Part shown: positions 25,296 through 34,379 of the stretch, in pieces
Layout: each line of letters opens with the position of its first letter
Position numbering within the stretch: position 1 is the first letter of the stretch
Origin: a virus
Virus record (IMG/VR): IMGVR_UViG_3300045988_088382
DNA: 55,782 bases
Reading direction: 5' to 3' (one strand)
Made by a program: the position numbers and the translations under genes
The notes under the pieces: model-generated
What the model was told of the DNA's origin: nothing
Databases searched by the model: none
What the model saw: only the letters and a program-made list of their open reading frames with translations

Positions 25296-25819
25296 TGCTT
25301 TTCCTCCTTCGGCGGTTCGGGCAGCGGCATCCAGTGGGTGATCTTATAGTCAGCCGAAAAATATTGCCACGGTTCATTCCAGCCAACGATATCAAACCCA
25401 TACTTATGGTTCGTGTAACTTGTAATCGCAATAGCCGTCTGTCCTTCAAATCCATATTTCGGAAGCCCGACACCATAGACCAACACATTCTGATTAAATT
25501 CGGGCAGACGTTCCTCAACGCTGATCCACTCCGGCTTCTTCGCGTCCTTCTCCGCCGCCAGCTTTTCCAGCATGTCAGCGGCTTGCCGCTTTAAGATACT
25601 TCCGCAGCCGGAAAACTCATAAAGCGTGCAAGCGGGACAACCCTCGGTACTGCAGATCCTCAGTGTCTTTACCAGCTCTTCCACGCTCAGCTGTGGTGCT
25701 TCCTCCCCATACTTGCACACCTCCGGGTGCTCGATCATCGGGCACCAAGCGCCGCGATACGGGCACTTGTTATTGGTGCAGACCCTCTCAAACTCGGTGT
25801 AGTACCATTTACATTTCAT
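25292..25819 (-). CDS. DUF551-like protein with Cys-rich N-terminal half
   Basis: C-terminal WISVEERLPE...ITHWMPLPEPP is the DUF551 signature. The N-terminal part has several Cys clusters. RBS GGAGGG. Confidence 0.65.
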   Translation of the reverse strand: MKCKWYYTEFERVCTNNKCPYRGAWCPMIEHPEVCKYGEEAPQLSVEELVKTLRICSTEGCPACTLYEFSGCGSILKRQAADMLEKLAAEKDAKKPEWISVEERLPEFNQNVLVYGVGLPKYGFEGQTAIAITSYTNHKYGFDIVGWNEPWQYFSADYKITHWMPLPEPPKEEKQ

Positions 25820-25822
25820 CGG

Positions 25823-26743
25823 TCATCCCTCCGTTTCATCAAAAATCCCAAGCTGCAACTCGTCTTTGCTCTCTCCGCCTTTTCCGATCCACCAGCGCAA
25901 GACCGATTCGCCGTCCGTCCAATGCCTATTGATGGGTTTTCCCGCTTTTCGCCGTGCGTCCAGCATCTCGTCAAAGGTGCGAATATAAAATGACTTGAAT
26001 TGTGGGAAAAACTCAAGCTCTCTTTGCATGCTCGCAGAGCCGCCCAGCGGGCAGGCCACGCAGCCAAGCCGTTTGAATCCGAAATCGTATAGCTCGCAAT
26101 ACGGTACGTTGTAGAGCCGTATGAACTCCCACACGTCTTCGTCCGTCCAGTCAATAATCGGATTGACAAGCGTTTCGTGTGTCCGATAGCACATCTCAAC
26201 CATTCTGCGGCTCTCGTCGTTATCGGTATTGAGTATCAGCCCGTTTTTGCTCGTTCGATTCGGCTCTGCACCGCTCAAATCCGCTACGTTGTGTAGGCTT
26301 TTGGGCACTTTTGGAATCGTCACAATCCCTTGGTTGTTTTTTCTGTTCCTGCTTTCTGCCCATCTTACGCCCGTAACCACGACGTGCCCGATTCCCTTTG
26401 GTTCTTTTAGTTCGGCGCAACAATAGCGTTGTGTCCTCAGTGGCGGGAATTGCTTTTTGACGATCAGCTCTCGCATGGTATATTCAGGCTTTTCGATTTC
26501 TGTTTTGGGGTGATTCTTCCGGATGAAGCGTACAAGCTGTGGCGGGTCAACTGTCGTCGCGTTGTAGTGAGCGTCAAACCTAACCCCTGCCATCTCGCAG
26601 AGCTTGACGACACATGAGCTGTCTTTCCCGCCGCTGTCTGCGACATAGTACCCCTCTTCCGGCTCAAACGCCCGCAGCCGGTCTATTGCCGTCTGCACCT
26701 TGTCCCGCTTTTGCCCGAAAAGGTCGTACTCAACTAACGCCAT
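25823..26743 (-). CDS. phosphoadenosine phosphosulfate (PAPS) reductase family protein
   Basis: 306 aa. PP-loop-like YYVADSGGKDSS near the N-terminus. RBS GGAGGGG. Confidence 0.75.
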   Translation of the reverse strand: MALVEYDLFGQKRDKVQTAIDRLRAFEPEEGYYVADSGGKDSSCVVKLCEMAGVRFDAHYNATTVDPPQLVRFIRKNHPKTEIEKPEYTMRELIVKKQFPPLRTQRYCCAELKEPKGIGHVVVTGVRWAESRNRKNNQGIVTIPKVPKSLHNVADLSGAEPNRTSKNGLILNTDNDESRRMVEMCYRTHETLVNPIIDWTDEDVWEFIRLYNVPYCELYDFGFKRLGCVACPLGGSASMQRELEFFPQFKSFYIRTFDEMLDARRKAGKPINRHWTDGESVLRWWIGKGGESKDELQLGIFDETEG

Positions 26744-28187
26744 CCGCTATCCCCTCCATCACATACAGTACACATGGTAAAGCCATGCCGTTACCCCACA
26801 TCTCGTATCTCGCGCTGTCGCTTCCCGACACGCCGTCCTCCCACCAATCGGGGAAGCCTTGCAGCCGGCAGCACTCAAGCGGCGTAAGCCGGCGGACAAA
26901 GTAGCGCCGCGCCTTTTTCAGCCAACAGGCGATGTCGGGCACCGTGTTGCTTCCGCTTGGAGCGGCTTTGAGCGTCGGCGATACCGTTTCCGAGTAGCCG
27001 ATTCCCCCGGCCTTTGCGCCCTGTCCGCCCATAAATGCGCAGATCATCTGTTGATCGTGTGCGCATGTCAGCGTTCCCGCCGTATCGGTCATGTAAATCT
27101 GGTTGAGCTGGCCGTTTCCGACGGCCAATGCCGTGTAGTCTGTAATACGGTTCTCGTGGTCGCCGGTCAGCGTCGGCACGATTTTTCCGTCTCCGTTGCC
27201 TCGCGCGTCATAAACGACGGGATTCTGGTAGTTCAGGCTATACCCGCCGTTTTCTTTGGCTTGCAGCGTCCCGCTGATTTCTTCGCCCAACCGCATGTTT
27301 CGGCAATCAACTGAGTAAGCTACCACGTTCCCGCCTTGATTGCACTCCGGCGAACCGGTGAACGTGTCGAGCGTCCGCGCCACATTGCGCTCGCGGAAAC
27401 AGCTATCCGGCGTTCGGCTTTTCATGCTGTTGCTTGTCGCTCCCGTTATGTCAAAAACTCGATAGTCTCTACCAGCGCTTCCCACAGCATCAGCGGTAGC
27501 TTCTTTCCCCGCTTCTCGGCTCTGCGCAAAATTCCCTCGCAAGCCCTCGCGCTTAAAAAGTATTTCTCCGGCGCGTCCACCTCTAAGATCGCAGACAAGG
27601 AAGATTCGGCGGCGTCTTTGGGGGACTCCCCAGTATTGGGCGTCCAGCACTCGCCAGGCAATCGAATAGCCCCCTCCCACGATGTAGCCGGCGTTTCGCC
27701 AAGCAAGTCGGTCTGTTCTGCCTTTTCTCGCAGGTTCAGGAACATTATCTCCGTCGCCACCGGCGGCTTCGACGAACGCACGCAGGACGGCGAGGAAGTC
27801 TCGTCCCTGATTGCTTGATAGCGCGCCCGGCACGTTTTCCCAGACGCCGTATCTTGGGTATTTTCCATGTGTAGCCTCCCGCATTTCCATGATGATCCGG
27901 ATCGCTTCAAAGAAAAGGCTGCTCCGTTTTCCGGCAATCAAGCCTTTTTGCGTTCCGGCGACGCTCAAATCCTGACAAGGCGAGCCGAATGTAACGATAT
28001 CCACCGGCTCGATCTCCGCGCCGTTGATCTTCGTGATGTCACCGAGATGTTTCATTTCGGGGAAGTTATTTTTCGTCACCCGGATGGGGTACGGCTCGAT
28101 CTCGCTTGCCCAGACGGGCGTAATGCCGCACATCGTTGCCGCCAGCGGGCAAGTGCCAGAGCCGTCAAACAGGCTGCCCAGCGTCAT
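26730..28187 (-). CDS. dcm: DNA (cytosine-5)-methyltransferase
   Basis: 485 aa; motif I LFDGSG, motif IV GSPCQDLS, motif VI ENVPG. Confidence 0.9.
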   Translation of the reverse strand: MTLGSLFDGSGTCPLAATMCGITPVWASEIEPYPIRVTKNNFPEMKHLGDITKINGAEIEPVDIVTFGSPCQDLSVAGTQKGLIAGKRSSLFFEAIRIIMEMREATHGKYPRYGVWENVPGALSSNQGRDFLAVLRAFVEAAGGDGDNVPEPARKGRTDRLAWRNAGYIVGGGYSIAWRVLDAQYWGVPQRRRRIFLVCDLRGGRAGEILFKREGLRGNFAQSREAGKEATADAVGSAGRDYRVFDITGATSNSMKSRTPDSCFRERNVARTLDTFTGSPECNQGGNVVAYSVDCRNMRLGEEISGTLQAKENGGYSLNYQNPVVYDARGNGDGKIVPTLTGDHENRITDYTALAVGNGQLNQIYMTDTAGTLTCAHDQQMICAFMGGQGAKAGGIGYSETVSPTLKAAPSGSNTVPDIACWLKKARRYFVRRLTPLECCRLQGFPDWWEDGVSGSDSARYEMWGNGMALPCVLYVMEGIADGVS

Positions 28188-28385
28188 TTAGTTATCCTCC
28201 ATCGCGTCCAAATCATCCACCAACTCTAGAAGATGCGCTCTAACCTGTTTCACGCCGCGCTTGATAGCCTCCTTGGAGTGGGTTTTTCGCCCATAGCATC
28301 CCCATCCCGGTTTATAGTGTTCAACGGCTTCAGACAACTCTTGCACTTCCAGCGCAATCATGCGTATTCTTTCTTTTGCTGTCAT
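28188..28385 (-). CDS. hypothetical protein (65 aa)
   Basis: ATG at 28385 in ATGA overlap with the MazG stop; RBS GGAGG. Confidence 0.5.
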   Translation of the reverse strand: MTAKERIRMIALEVQELSEAVEHYKPGWGCYGRKTHSKEAIKRGVKQVRAHLLELVDDLDAMEDN

Positions 28386-28687
28386 TTCCCATGCCTCCAT
28401 TCACGCCCTCGGTTGATCTCCATCTTTGCCCGCACCGCCTTGTCAATGTCGATGCCCAGATACCCAGCGGCAGATAGCGCCGTGATGATAACGTCCGCAA
28501 GTTCCTCGGTGTAATGTTCCGGCTCGTGCACAGCCTTGATGGTTTCCGTCAATTCGTCGCTGATGAGCCGCGAACAGTAAAGCCTTTTTATTACATCGCC
28601 CGCTTCGCCGATTTCAAGGCAATTCCACAGCCCATGTTTCACCGCGTCATCGTAGATTTCGTTGCGCAATTCGTTCAAATCGTTCAT
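28382..28687 (-). CDS. mazG: MazG-like nucleotide pyrophosphohydrolase
   Basis: 101 aa; ELADVIITALSAAGYLGIDIDKAVRAKMEINRGR is typical of the small phage MazG family. Confidence 0.75.
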   Translation of the reverse strand: MNDLNELRNEIYDDAVKHGLWNCLEIGEAGDVIKRLYCSRLISDELTETIKAVHEPEHYTEELADVIITALSAAGYLGIDIDKAVRAKMEINRGREWRHGK

Positions 28688-29112
28688 TTCGTGCCTCCTC
28701 TAAAAATAACCACCATCGACGGAAAAGGCGCGGACGCTTTCGCGTTGCCAAACTTGATCCGCCCTTTCAAAAACCTAATTTCCGCCTGATGATAAATGTA
28801 GTCGTGAAAGGCTCGGGTGTCTGTTCTCGCAGGAATGAGCATCACCACCAGCGCACCTTCCTCAGCCTCGTCATGCGCTTTCTTGATCCACTTCGGGAGT
28901 TCTCGCCCGTAGGGCGGATTGCAAAACACCCTTTTACCCCCCCAATTTTGGGAAAGGCCATTCTCCGCCTTGGTGAAGTGTTCCGCGCATTTCGCGTTCT
29001 CGTGTGTGCAGCACGGGTCAAGGTTGAAATGGAACTCCGCGTCCAGCTCGTCAAAAAGAGCCTGCGGCGTTGCCCACTCGACGGTTGCGCTTGAAAATAA
29101 ACAGCTATTCAT
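28684..29112 (-). CDS. dam: DNA N6-adenine methyltransferase (phage Dam family)
   Basis: 142 aa; VEWATPQALFDELD, FNLDPC, catalytic NPPY, then PARTDT and GRIKF. Confidence 0.85.
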   Translation of the reverse strand: MNSCLFSSATVEWATPQALFDELDAEFHFNLDPCCTHENAKCAEHFTKAENGLSQNWGGKRVFCNPPYGRELPKWIKKAHDEAEEGALVVMLIPARTDTRAFHDYIYHQAEIRFLKGRIKFGNAKASAPFPSMVVIFRGGTK

Positions 29113-29127
29113 GTTTAATCCTCAAAA

Positions 29128-31611
29128 TTACGGGTTTTCGTTTCCAAACGTCGGGTCAATAACCTCTACGCCCTTGAGCATAACGCCCTTCTTTTCCCGA
29201 CAATATTCAAAGCCCTTCTCCTGCATTTTCTTCTTAAATTCCCGGTCACCGCCATACCACTTCATGCCGGATTCCTGCATCCAGCGCGTAAACGTCTGGA
29301 AAACAAGCCCGGTCGGCGTTCGTGCATCGGCGTTATCCAGCGAACAACACTCGTTTACAAATCGCGTGATCACGTCTTCGTTGTCCAAATACTCCTTTGT
29401 CGCTTCCAATACGACCTTCGGTTTTTTGAGCTTCATGTGCTGCGCGTAAAACTTCATCGCGCCCTCGATCATCCATGCGAGAATAGCGGGGCCTTCTTTT
29501 TCCACCAGTACGCCCGCGAAGTCCATGATCTTTTCTTCGGGCTTCAAGCTCATGTTAAACGGGGCTACCGCGATACGCCGCGCAGTACCGCCGTCAACGC
29601 TTTTAAGGCGTGGCAGATGGTTTGTATGCAGGATTAGCGTATGGCTCGGCGTAAACGTAATAGGCTCGTGGAATTTAACGTTTGCGCTGATCGGGTCTTG
29701 AGAGGTTAGCCGCTTGAGCATAGATGACTGCATGGCTTGGTTCGCTTCAAGCTCACTTGTCAGCACAAGGCGCTTGCCACGGAGTAAGTTCTGACCGGCA
29801 ACCTCGCTTCCGTTCCGGCTGCCCGTCAGCACCTCATTTCGAACCGTCGCCGCATAACCGCCTAATAGCGTATGCCAAACGGAGAATAACGTAGACTTAC
29901 CGTTTCCGCCATTGCCGTACACCAGCAGCAAGCCTTCCTCGTACACCTTGCCTACCAGCGCCATCCCGGCTACCGTCTGAATGTATTCGGCAAAGTCCGT
30001 GTCATCGCCGGTCACTTGACGCATGAACTTGTCCCATAGCGGTCTTTGAGCCGTGAAATCGGGCGATAGCCGCGTCATCATCGTGCACATATATTCAGCC
30101 CTATGCGGCTTTTCCTCGCCTGTACGGAGGTCTATAACGCTGTCAGACGTATTCAGCAGCCACGGATCGTTGTCAAATTCATCCGCGTCGCGCACACTCA
30201 TCAAAGACTGAGCGGCTTGAAGCGTATGTGCCATGACGTTATAAGATCGGCTTGCAGTAGCCCACTTGACCGCCGCCACAGCATCCTTGTAATCCTCCGG
30301 CCAATCGTCACGCTTGCAGCCTTTTTCGGGCTTAGGCGCGAGCTGAAATTTGCGGTCAGCCTCGTCCTTCATGCGGTCGTTCAGGCACATAACCAGCATG
30401 ATCGCGTCTGTCTTGGCGTACTGTTGCCAAACAGCGCCGTCCCATACGCACCAGTCCAGCGCGCCACTGTATCGCATGACGTTAAAATTTGAATCCTTTA
30501 GCCTAATAGCATTGCCGGATTCTGTGTAATCGCGGTCGTCGCGACGAAGAATGTCAGCATCCCCGCCGTCAGCGAAATCACGGCTGGCGTTGATCTGGAT
30601 CATGTCTTCCAACTTGTGCCGCACTTCGCTGTCGGACGAGATTAGACTTTTCATTTTTTCAAATGATCGTCCTTCATCGCTGTCCGGGTAAAGGTGGAGG
30701 CGTACAAGGTCAAAGGCATTGCACGTTCGCCCGTGACAAGGATCGCTCTCATGGTGAGAGTATGCAAACAGCCCGTCGTCATAGACTACCAATCCCGCCG
30801 TGGTAGACGCGCCGATGAACGTATATCGGTTCGGCATGCCCTCACAAGGCGAATACACTTTTCCCAGGAACTTCGAAATCGCCTGATGCACGTCGTAGAC
30901 CGAGCAGAACGCGCCAACAATGCCATTCTTACTGCGCGGGTCTTGCTGCTTGTCCTTGATCTCGTGTGCTTGTGTGCGCGTCGTGCGCGAAGATATAGGC
31001 CATGAAGCACGATTTTTATAATCGGCATACATGCCCAGCACTTCATCGACATCAACGAAAGCCCCGTCACGCTGTTTGACGATGAACTCACCGTCCCGGC
31101 AAGTGCTCGGCCAGAACATCAGGCGTGATGCCTGATATGTCGTGTCGTCGAACAGCTCAATGTCGATCAGCGATGCGACCATTCGACCTACGGCCTCGTA
31201 CTCGATTTTGTCCACGTCGCGTGACAGCGGCATATACAGCCTGTAACGCGGCTTCTCCCGCGTATGACTGTGCGTGGTGTGCATCAGGCATGTCCAGTCG
31301 TAAAGGTCACACAACCCGTCTACAACGTCCCAAGTGTCGGGCTTGCCATAGTCGATGTCCAAAGAGAGAATCTGACGGGACAAAAGATTCGACCCCCGAC
31401 GGATTCCGTCTTTGAACTCGCCGCCGACAAATCCGCCAACGTCTTTAATGCGGCCTTTTGATTCGCGATCCATGGCCGCGTACTCGACCTCGGTCTCATT
31501 TGTCATGCGCGTATGGGACAGCCGCTCGCAAAGCTCAGGCCATGTCAGGTGTACGGGTCTCCATGACGTAGCGTTTTTGCTCAACCCTTCACTAATCGTC
31601 AGCGTTTGCAT
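29128..31611 (-). CDS. bifunctional primase-polymerase / D5-P4-type helicase
   Basis: ATG at 31611 after GAAGGGAG; 827 aa. AEP-like LSLDIDYG and HTTHSHT..PRYRLYMPL in the N-terminal part. Walker A GNGGNGKST in the C-terminal part. Confidence 0.85.
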   Translation of the reverse strand: MQTLTISEGLSKNATSWRPVHLTWPELCERLSHTRMTNETEVEYAAMDRESKGRIKDVGGFVGGEFKDGIRRGSNLLSRQILSLDIDYGKPDTWDVVDGLCDLYDWTCLMHTTHSHTREKPRYRLYMPLSRDVDKIEYEAVGRMVASLIDIELFDDTTYQASRLMFWPSTCRDGEFIVKQRDGAFVDVDEVLGMYADYKNRASWPISSRTTRTQAHEIKDKQQDPRSKNGIVGAFCSVYDVHQAISKFLGKVYSPCEGMPNRYTFIGASTTAGLVVYDDGLFAYSHHESDPCHGRTCNAFDLVRLHLYPDSDEGRSFEKMKSLISSDSEVRHKLEDMIQINASRDFADGGDADILRRDDRDYTESGNAIRLKDSNFNVMRYSGALDWCVWDGAVWQQYAKTDAIMLVMCLNDRMKDEADRKFQLAPKPEKGCKRDDWPEDYKDAVAAVKWATASRSYNVMAHTLQAAQSLMSVRDADEFDNDPWLLNTSDSVIDLRTGEEKPHRAEYMCTMMTRLSPDFTAQRPLWDKFMRQVTGDDTDFAEYIQTVAGMALVGKVYEEGLLLVYGNGGNGKSTLFSVWHTLLGGYAATVRNEVLTGSRNGSEVAGQNLLRGKRLVLTSELEANQAMQSSMLKRLTSQDPISANVKFHEPITFTPSHTLILHTNHLPRLKSVDGGTARRIAVAPFNMSLKPEEKIMDFAGVLVEKEGPAILAWMIEGAMKFYAQHMKLKKPKVVLEATKEYLDNEDVITRFVNECCSLDNADARTPTGLVFQTFTRWMQESGMKWYGGDREFKKKMQEKGFEYCREKKGVMLKGVEVIDPTFGNENP

Positions 31612-31808
31612 TTCCCGGCTCCCTTCGGTTCTCGCATGCCTCTGCACTCCATGAACGGGTAAGTCGTTGTATAGATGCGCTTGAACCTGTCCATAGCGTC
31701 AAAGGCGTTATCGCCGTGAACGGCGAACAGCAGCGGTTTTTCGCCACGCCGTCGTTTCGCGGCGATGATAAACTCAGGTTTAATCTTCCTGCTGTTCGTC
31801 GGTCTCAT
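31599..31808 (-). CDS. hypothetical protein (69 aa)
   Basis: ORF with ATG 31808; overlaps both neighbours. Confidence 0.4.
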   Translation of the reverse strand: MRPTNSRKIKPEFIIAAKRRRGEKPLLFAVHGDNAFDAMDRFKRIYTTTYPFMECRGMREPKGAGKCKR

Positions 31809-32061
31809 TCGGTTTTACCTTCTTAGCCCTTGCGGGTCTCTGTAGTAGCTTAACAACAATGCGCAGCGAGCCCTTGTTCCGGGAAGTCTGCGTGTGTACC
31901 GCGATGTTCTGACCTTCCCACTTGGTCACTCGACTGTACATGTTCTTTTCCTGCCCGTACTTTTTCCCCAAGCAGACCATCCGAAGCGCATAGTAGAGCG
32001 CTAAGTGATCGGGGATTCCGTCATCAATGCGTAAAATGATGTGTCGCCTGTCATCCCTCAT
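31780..32061 (-). CDS. hypothetical protein (93 aa)
   Basis: ATG at 32061, 5 nt after GGGAGGA. Confidence 0.55.
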   Translation of the reverse strand: MRDDRRHIILRIDDGIPDHLALYYALRMVCLGKKYGQEKNMYSRVTKWEGQNIAVHTQTSRNKGSLRIVVKLLQRPARAKKVKPNETDEQQED

Positions 32062-33412
32062 TGCTATCCTCCCTAAGTATGGCTTTTACCGCTTCCATCA
32101 GCGCATCTTGTCGCAAGTCCTTCTGAGCTAAAATCCGCATAACACGCTCGTCTACCGTGCCTTTGGCCACGATGTGGTGAATGACTACCGCGTTTTTTTG
32201 ACCCTGCCGGTGCAATCTTGCATTGGCTTGCTGGTATTTTTCCAGCGACCACGTTAAACTGTACCAGACAAGGATGTGCCCGCCCGTTTGAAGGTTCAGG
32301 CCGTGGCCGGCGCTGTCCGGGTGACACAGGAGTAGCGGTATCTTTCCGGCGTTCCAGTCTCTCACGTCATTTTCGCCTTTGCCTATCATCCGAGCTTGCG
32401 GGAACTCTTGCATGATTCGCGTGGCTTCATGCCGGAAACCGTAATAGCACAGTACAGGGTTGCCGTTAGCGGCCTCTATAACGTCGTGTAGCGCATCCAA
32501 TTTCTCGCGGTGGATTTCATGGTAAACGCCGTTCTCGTCGTACACAGAGCCGCCAGAAAGCTGTAAGAGCTTGTTACACACGGATGCCGCGTTAAATGCT
32601 GTAATCTCAGTGTCCTTGAGCGGCAGTACCATTTCGCGTTCCATTTGCCGATATGCGTTTTTTGCATCCGACGGAAGCTCTACGCTAATCACATTGTCGA
32701 TTCGTTCCGGCATTTTTAGGTAGTCTCTGGTTTTCATGCTGACAACCAGACCGGCAAGCCGCTTATAAATCGCGTCTTCCGCTCCGGGAAGCAGTTTCCA
32801 TTCAAAAATCACGTTCCCGTTACGCTTTCCCGGCTTAAAATACGTGTCGCGGTAGACTGATAAGGTCTTGCCCAAGGCAGTCCCCTGATCCATCAGGTAC
32901 ATCTGCGGCCACAGGTCAAGCAGACCATTAGGTGCCGGCGTTCCCGTTAAGCCTACAATGCGCTCAATGCAAGGCCGAACTTTTTTCAGCGCCTTAAAAC
33001 GTTCCGCGGATCGGCTTTTGAAGCTGGATAACTCGTCGATCACGACCATATCAAAAGGCCACCGCTTCCCGCACTCTGTCACTAGCCAAGGTATGTTTTC
33101 TCGGTTGATAACGTATACGTCCGCATCAGCCAGCAGCGCACCCCTGCGCTGCTTAGCCGTGCCGAGGATTTTAGAGAATCGGAGGAATTGAGTGTGATCC
33201 CACTTCTCCGCTTCCGCATCCCATACCGTTTGTGCTACCCTTAATGGGGCAATCACCAGCACCTTTGATATATCAAAGCCGATCATATCCGAGATCGCAG
33301 TCAATGTGACGGATGTTTTGCCCAAGCCCATTTCCAGAAAAAGCGCTATCTGCGGCGTTTGCTTGATCGCCTCGATGCAGAATTGCTGATAATCGTGGGG
33401 CTTATACTGCAA
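32051..33412 (-). CDS. SNF2-family helicase
   Basis: 453 aa; TTG start 7 nt after GAGGTG. Motif I LEMGLGKT, motif II DELS, C-terminal helicase motifs (HRQGQ). Confidence 0.85.
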   Translation of the reverse strand: MQYKPHDYQQFCIEAIKQTPQIALFLEMGLGKTSVTLTAISDMIGFDISKVLVIAPLRVAQTVWDAEAEKWDHTQFLRFSKILGTAKQRRGALLADADVYVINRENIPWLVTECGKRWPFDMVVIDELSSFKSRSAERFKALKKVRPCIERIVGLTGTPAPNGLLDLWPQMYLMDQGTALGKTLSVYRDTYFKPGKRNGNVIFEWKLLPGAEDAIYKRLAGLVVSMKTRDYLKMPERIDNVISVELPSDAKNAYRQMEREMVLPLKDTEITAFNAASVCNKLLQLSGGSVYDENGVYHEIHREKLDALHDVIEAANGNPVLCYYGFRHEATRIMQEFPQARMIGKGENDVRDWNAGKIPLLLCHPDSAGHGLNLQTGGHILVWYSLTWSLEKYQQANARLHRQGQKNAVVIHHIVAKGTVDERVMRILAQKDLRQDALMEAVKAILREDSNEG

Positions 33413-33418
33413 GTTTCG

Positions 33419-33799
33419 TCACCTCTTCGACCGCCGTTTAATCTCACGTTCCAGATACCACTTGGCTTTCTCGAGGTCTTCCAGCGGCTTACTTTTATAG
33501 TCTGCCCTCGCGACGTACTTCACCACGTTACCAAGATTAAAGCCCAGTTTCCACGCCTCGATGGCGTCAATGACCTCGATATCACCAACGTTATAGTGTT
33601 TCGGATGGTCAACAGCGCTTCTTTCCGGCTCATCTTTTGAAATCAGGTCATAGGCGCGGTTTACGTCTTCATCTGATGCCGATACAAAGCCTTTTCCCAG
33701 GGACAAGCCATAGCAAAGGCTGCCGAGAGGGCATGTGGCACAAATGTTTTGCGTTTCGCAATACGCATTAATCGTTTTAATCTTGTCCTCGCGTGTCAT
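33419..33799 (-). CDS. DUF3310 family protein
   Basis: ATG at 33799 (ATGA overlap). HPKHYN..IEVIDAIEAW.LGFNLGNVVKYVARA is the DUF3310 signature. Confidence 0.75.
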   Translation of the reverse strand: MTREDKIKTINAYCETQNICATCPLGSLCYGLSLGKGFVSASDEDVNRAYDLISKDEPERSAVDHPKHYNVGDIEVIDAIEAWKLGFNLGNVVKYVARADYKSKPLEDLEKAKWYLEREIKRRSKR

Positions 33800-34170
33800 C
33801 CGCGATCCCCCCAGTTCCTTTTTTCTTCTGTCCATTCTTCAATACCAAAGCCCTCTTTATTGCTTCGGCTTCTTTCGACATACGTAGCAAATACCTCATT
33901 GAGTACCCTTCGCGCTCCTTCTCGCCCGTAAGCGACACGAACCGTCGCGCCCGCTTTTTTCAAGCGCGCGATCTGGATCTCTTGAAGTTTACTCAGCGTT
34001 CCGTGCTCCTGTTTCAGCTCGACAAAGATTGTTTTGCCGTCATGCACGATGATTCTGTCGGGTACACCGACATTTCCCGGGGACGTGAATTTGTAGTACA
34101 GTCCTCCGCGTTTCTGAACCTCTGTTCGAAGGTAGGCTTCCGTCTTACTTTCCAGCTCAGTCTTTGGCAT
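33796..34170 (-). CDS. VRR-NUC domain nuclease
   Basis: ATG at 34170 after GGAGGAA. GVPDRIIVHDGKTIFVELKQ matches the PD-(D/E)xK VRR-NUC core. Confidence 0.75.
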   Translation of the reverse strand: MPKTELESKTEAYLRTEVQKRGGLYYKFTSPGNVGVPDRIIVHDGKTIFVELKQEHGTLSKLQEIQIARLKKAGATVRVAYGREGARRVLNEVFATYVERSRSNKEGFGIEEWTEEKRNWGDRG

Positions 34171-34366
34171 TGTCCGATTCCTCCGACGGCCACCGAGTGT
34201 TCCAGATTTCCGCAGCGCTCTGTAAGAGCTTACAGTGAACCGTACATGGCCGGGCTTTGCAAAAGATTTCGCCGCATGTGATGTATTTAAGGCCAGCGGC
34301 AGTCGATCCGACAACAGCCTTGCCCCCGCAGAAGGGACAGCGTTTAAGCTCGCTAATCTTCATCAT
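34157..34366 (-). CDS. Lar-family restriction alleviation-like zinc ribbon protein
   Basis: ATG at 34366 after GGAGG; MMKISELKRCPFCGGKAV...AAEIWNTRW. Confidence 0.65.
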   Translation of the reverse strand: MMKISELKRCPFCGGKAVVGSTAAGLKYITCGEIFCKARPCTVHCKLLQSAAEIWNTRWPSEESDNAKD

Positions 34367-34379
34367 TAACGCCTCCATA

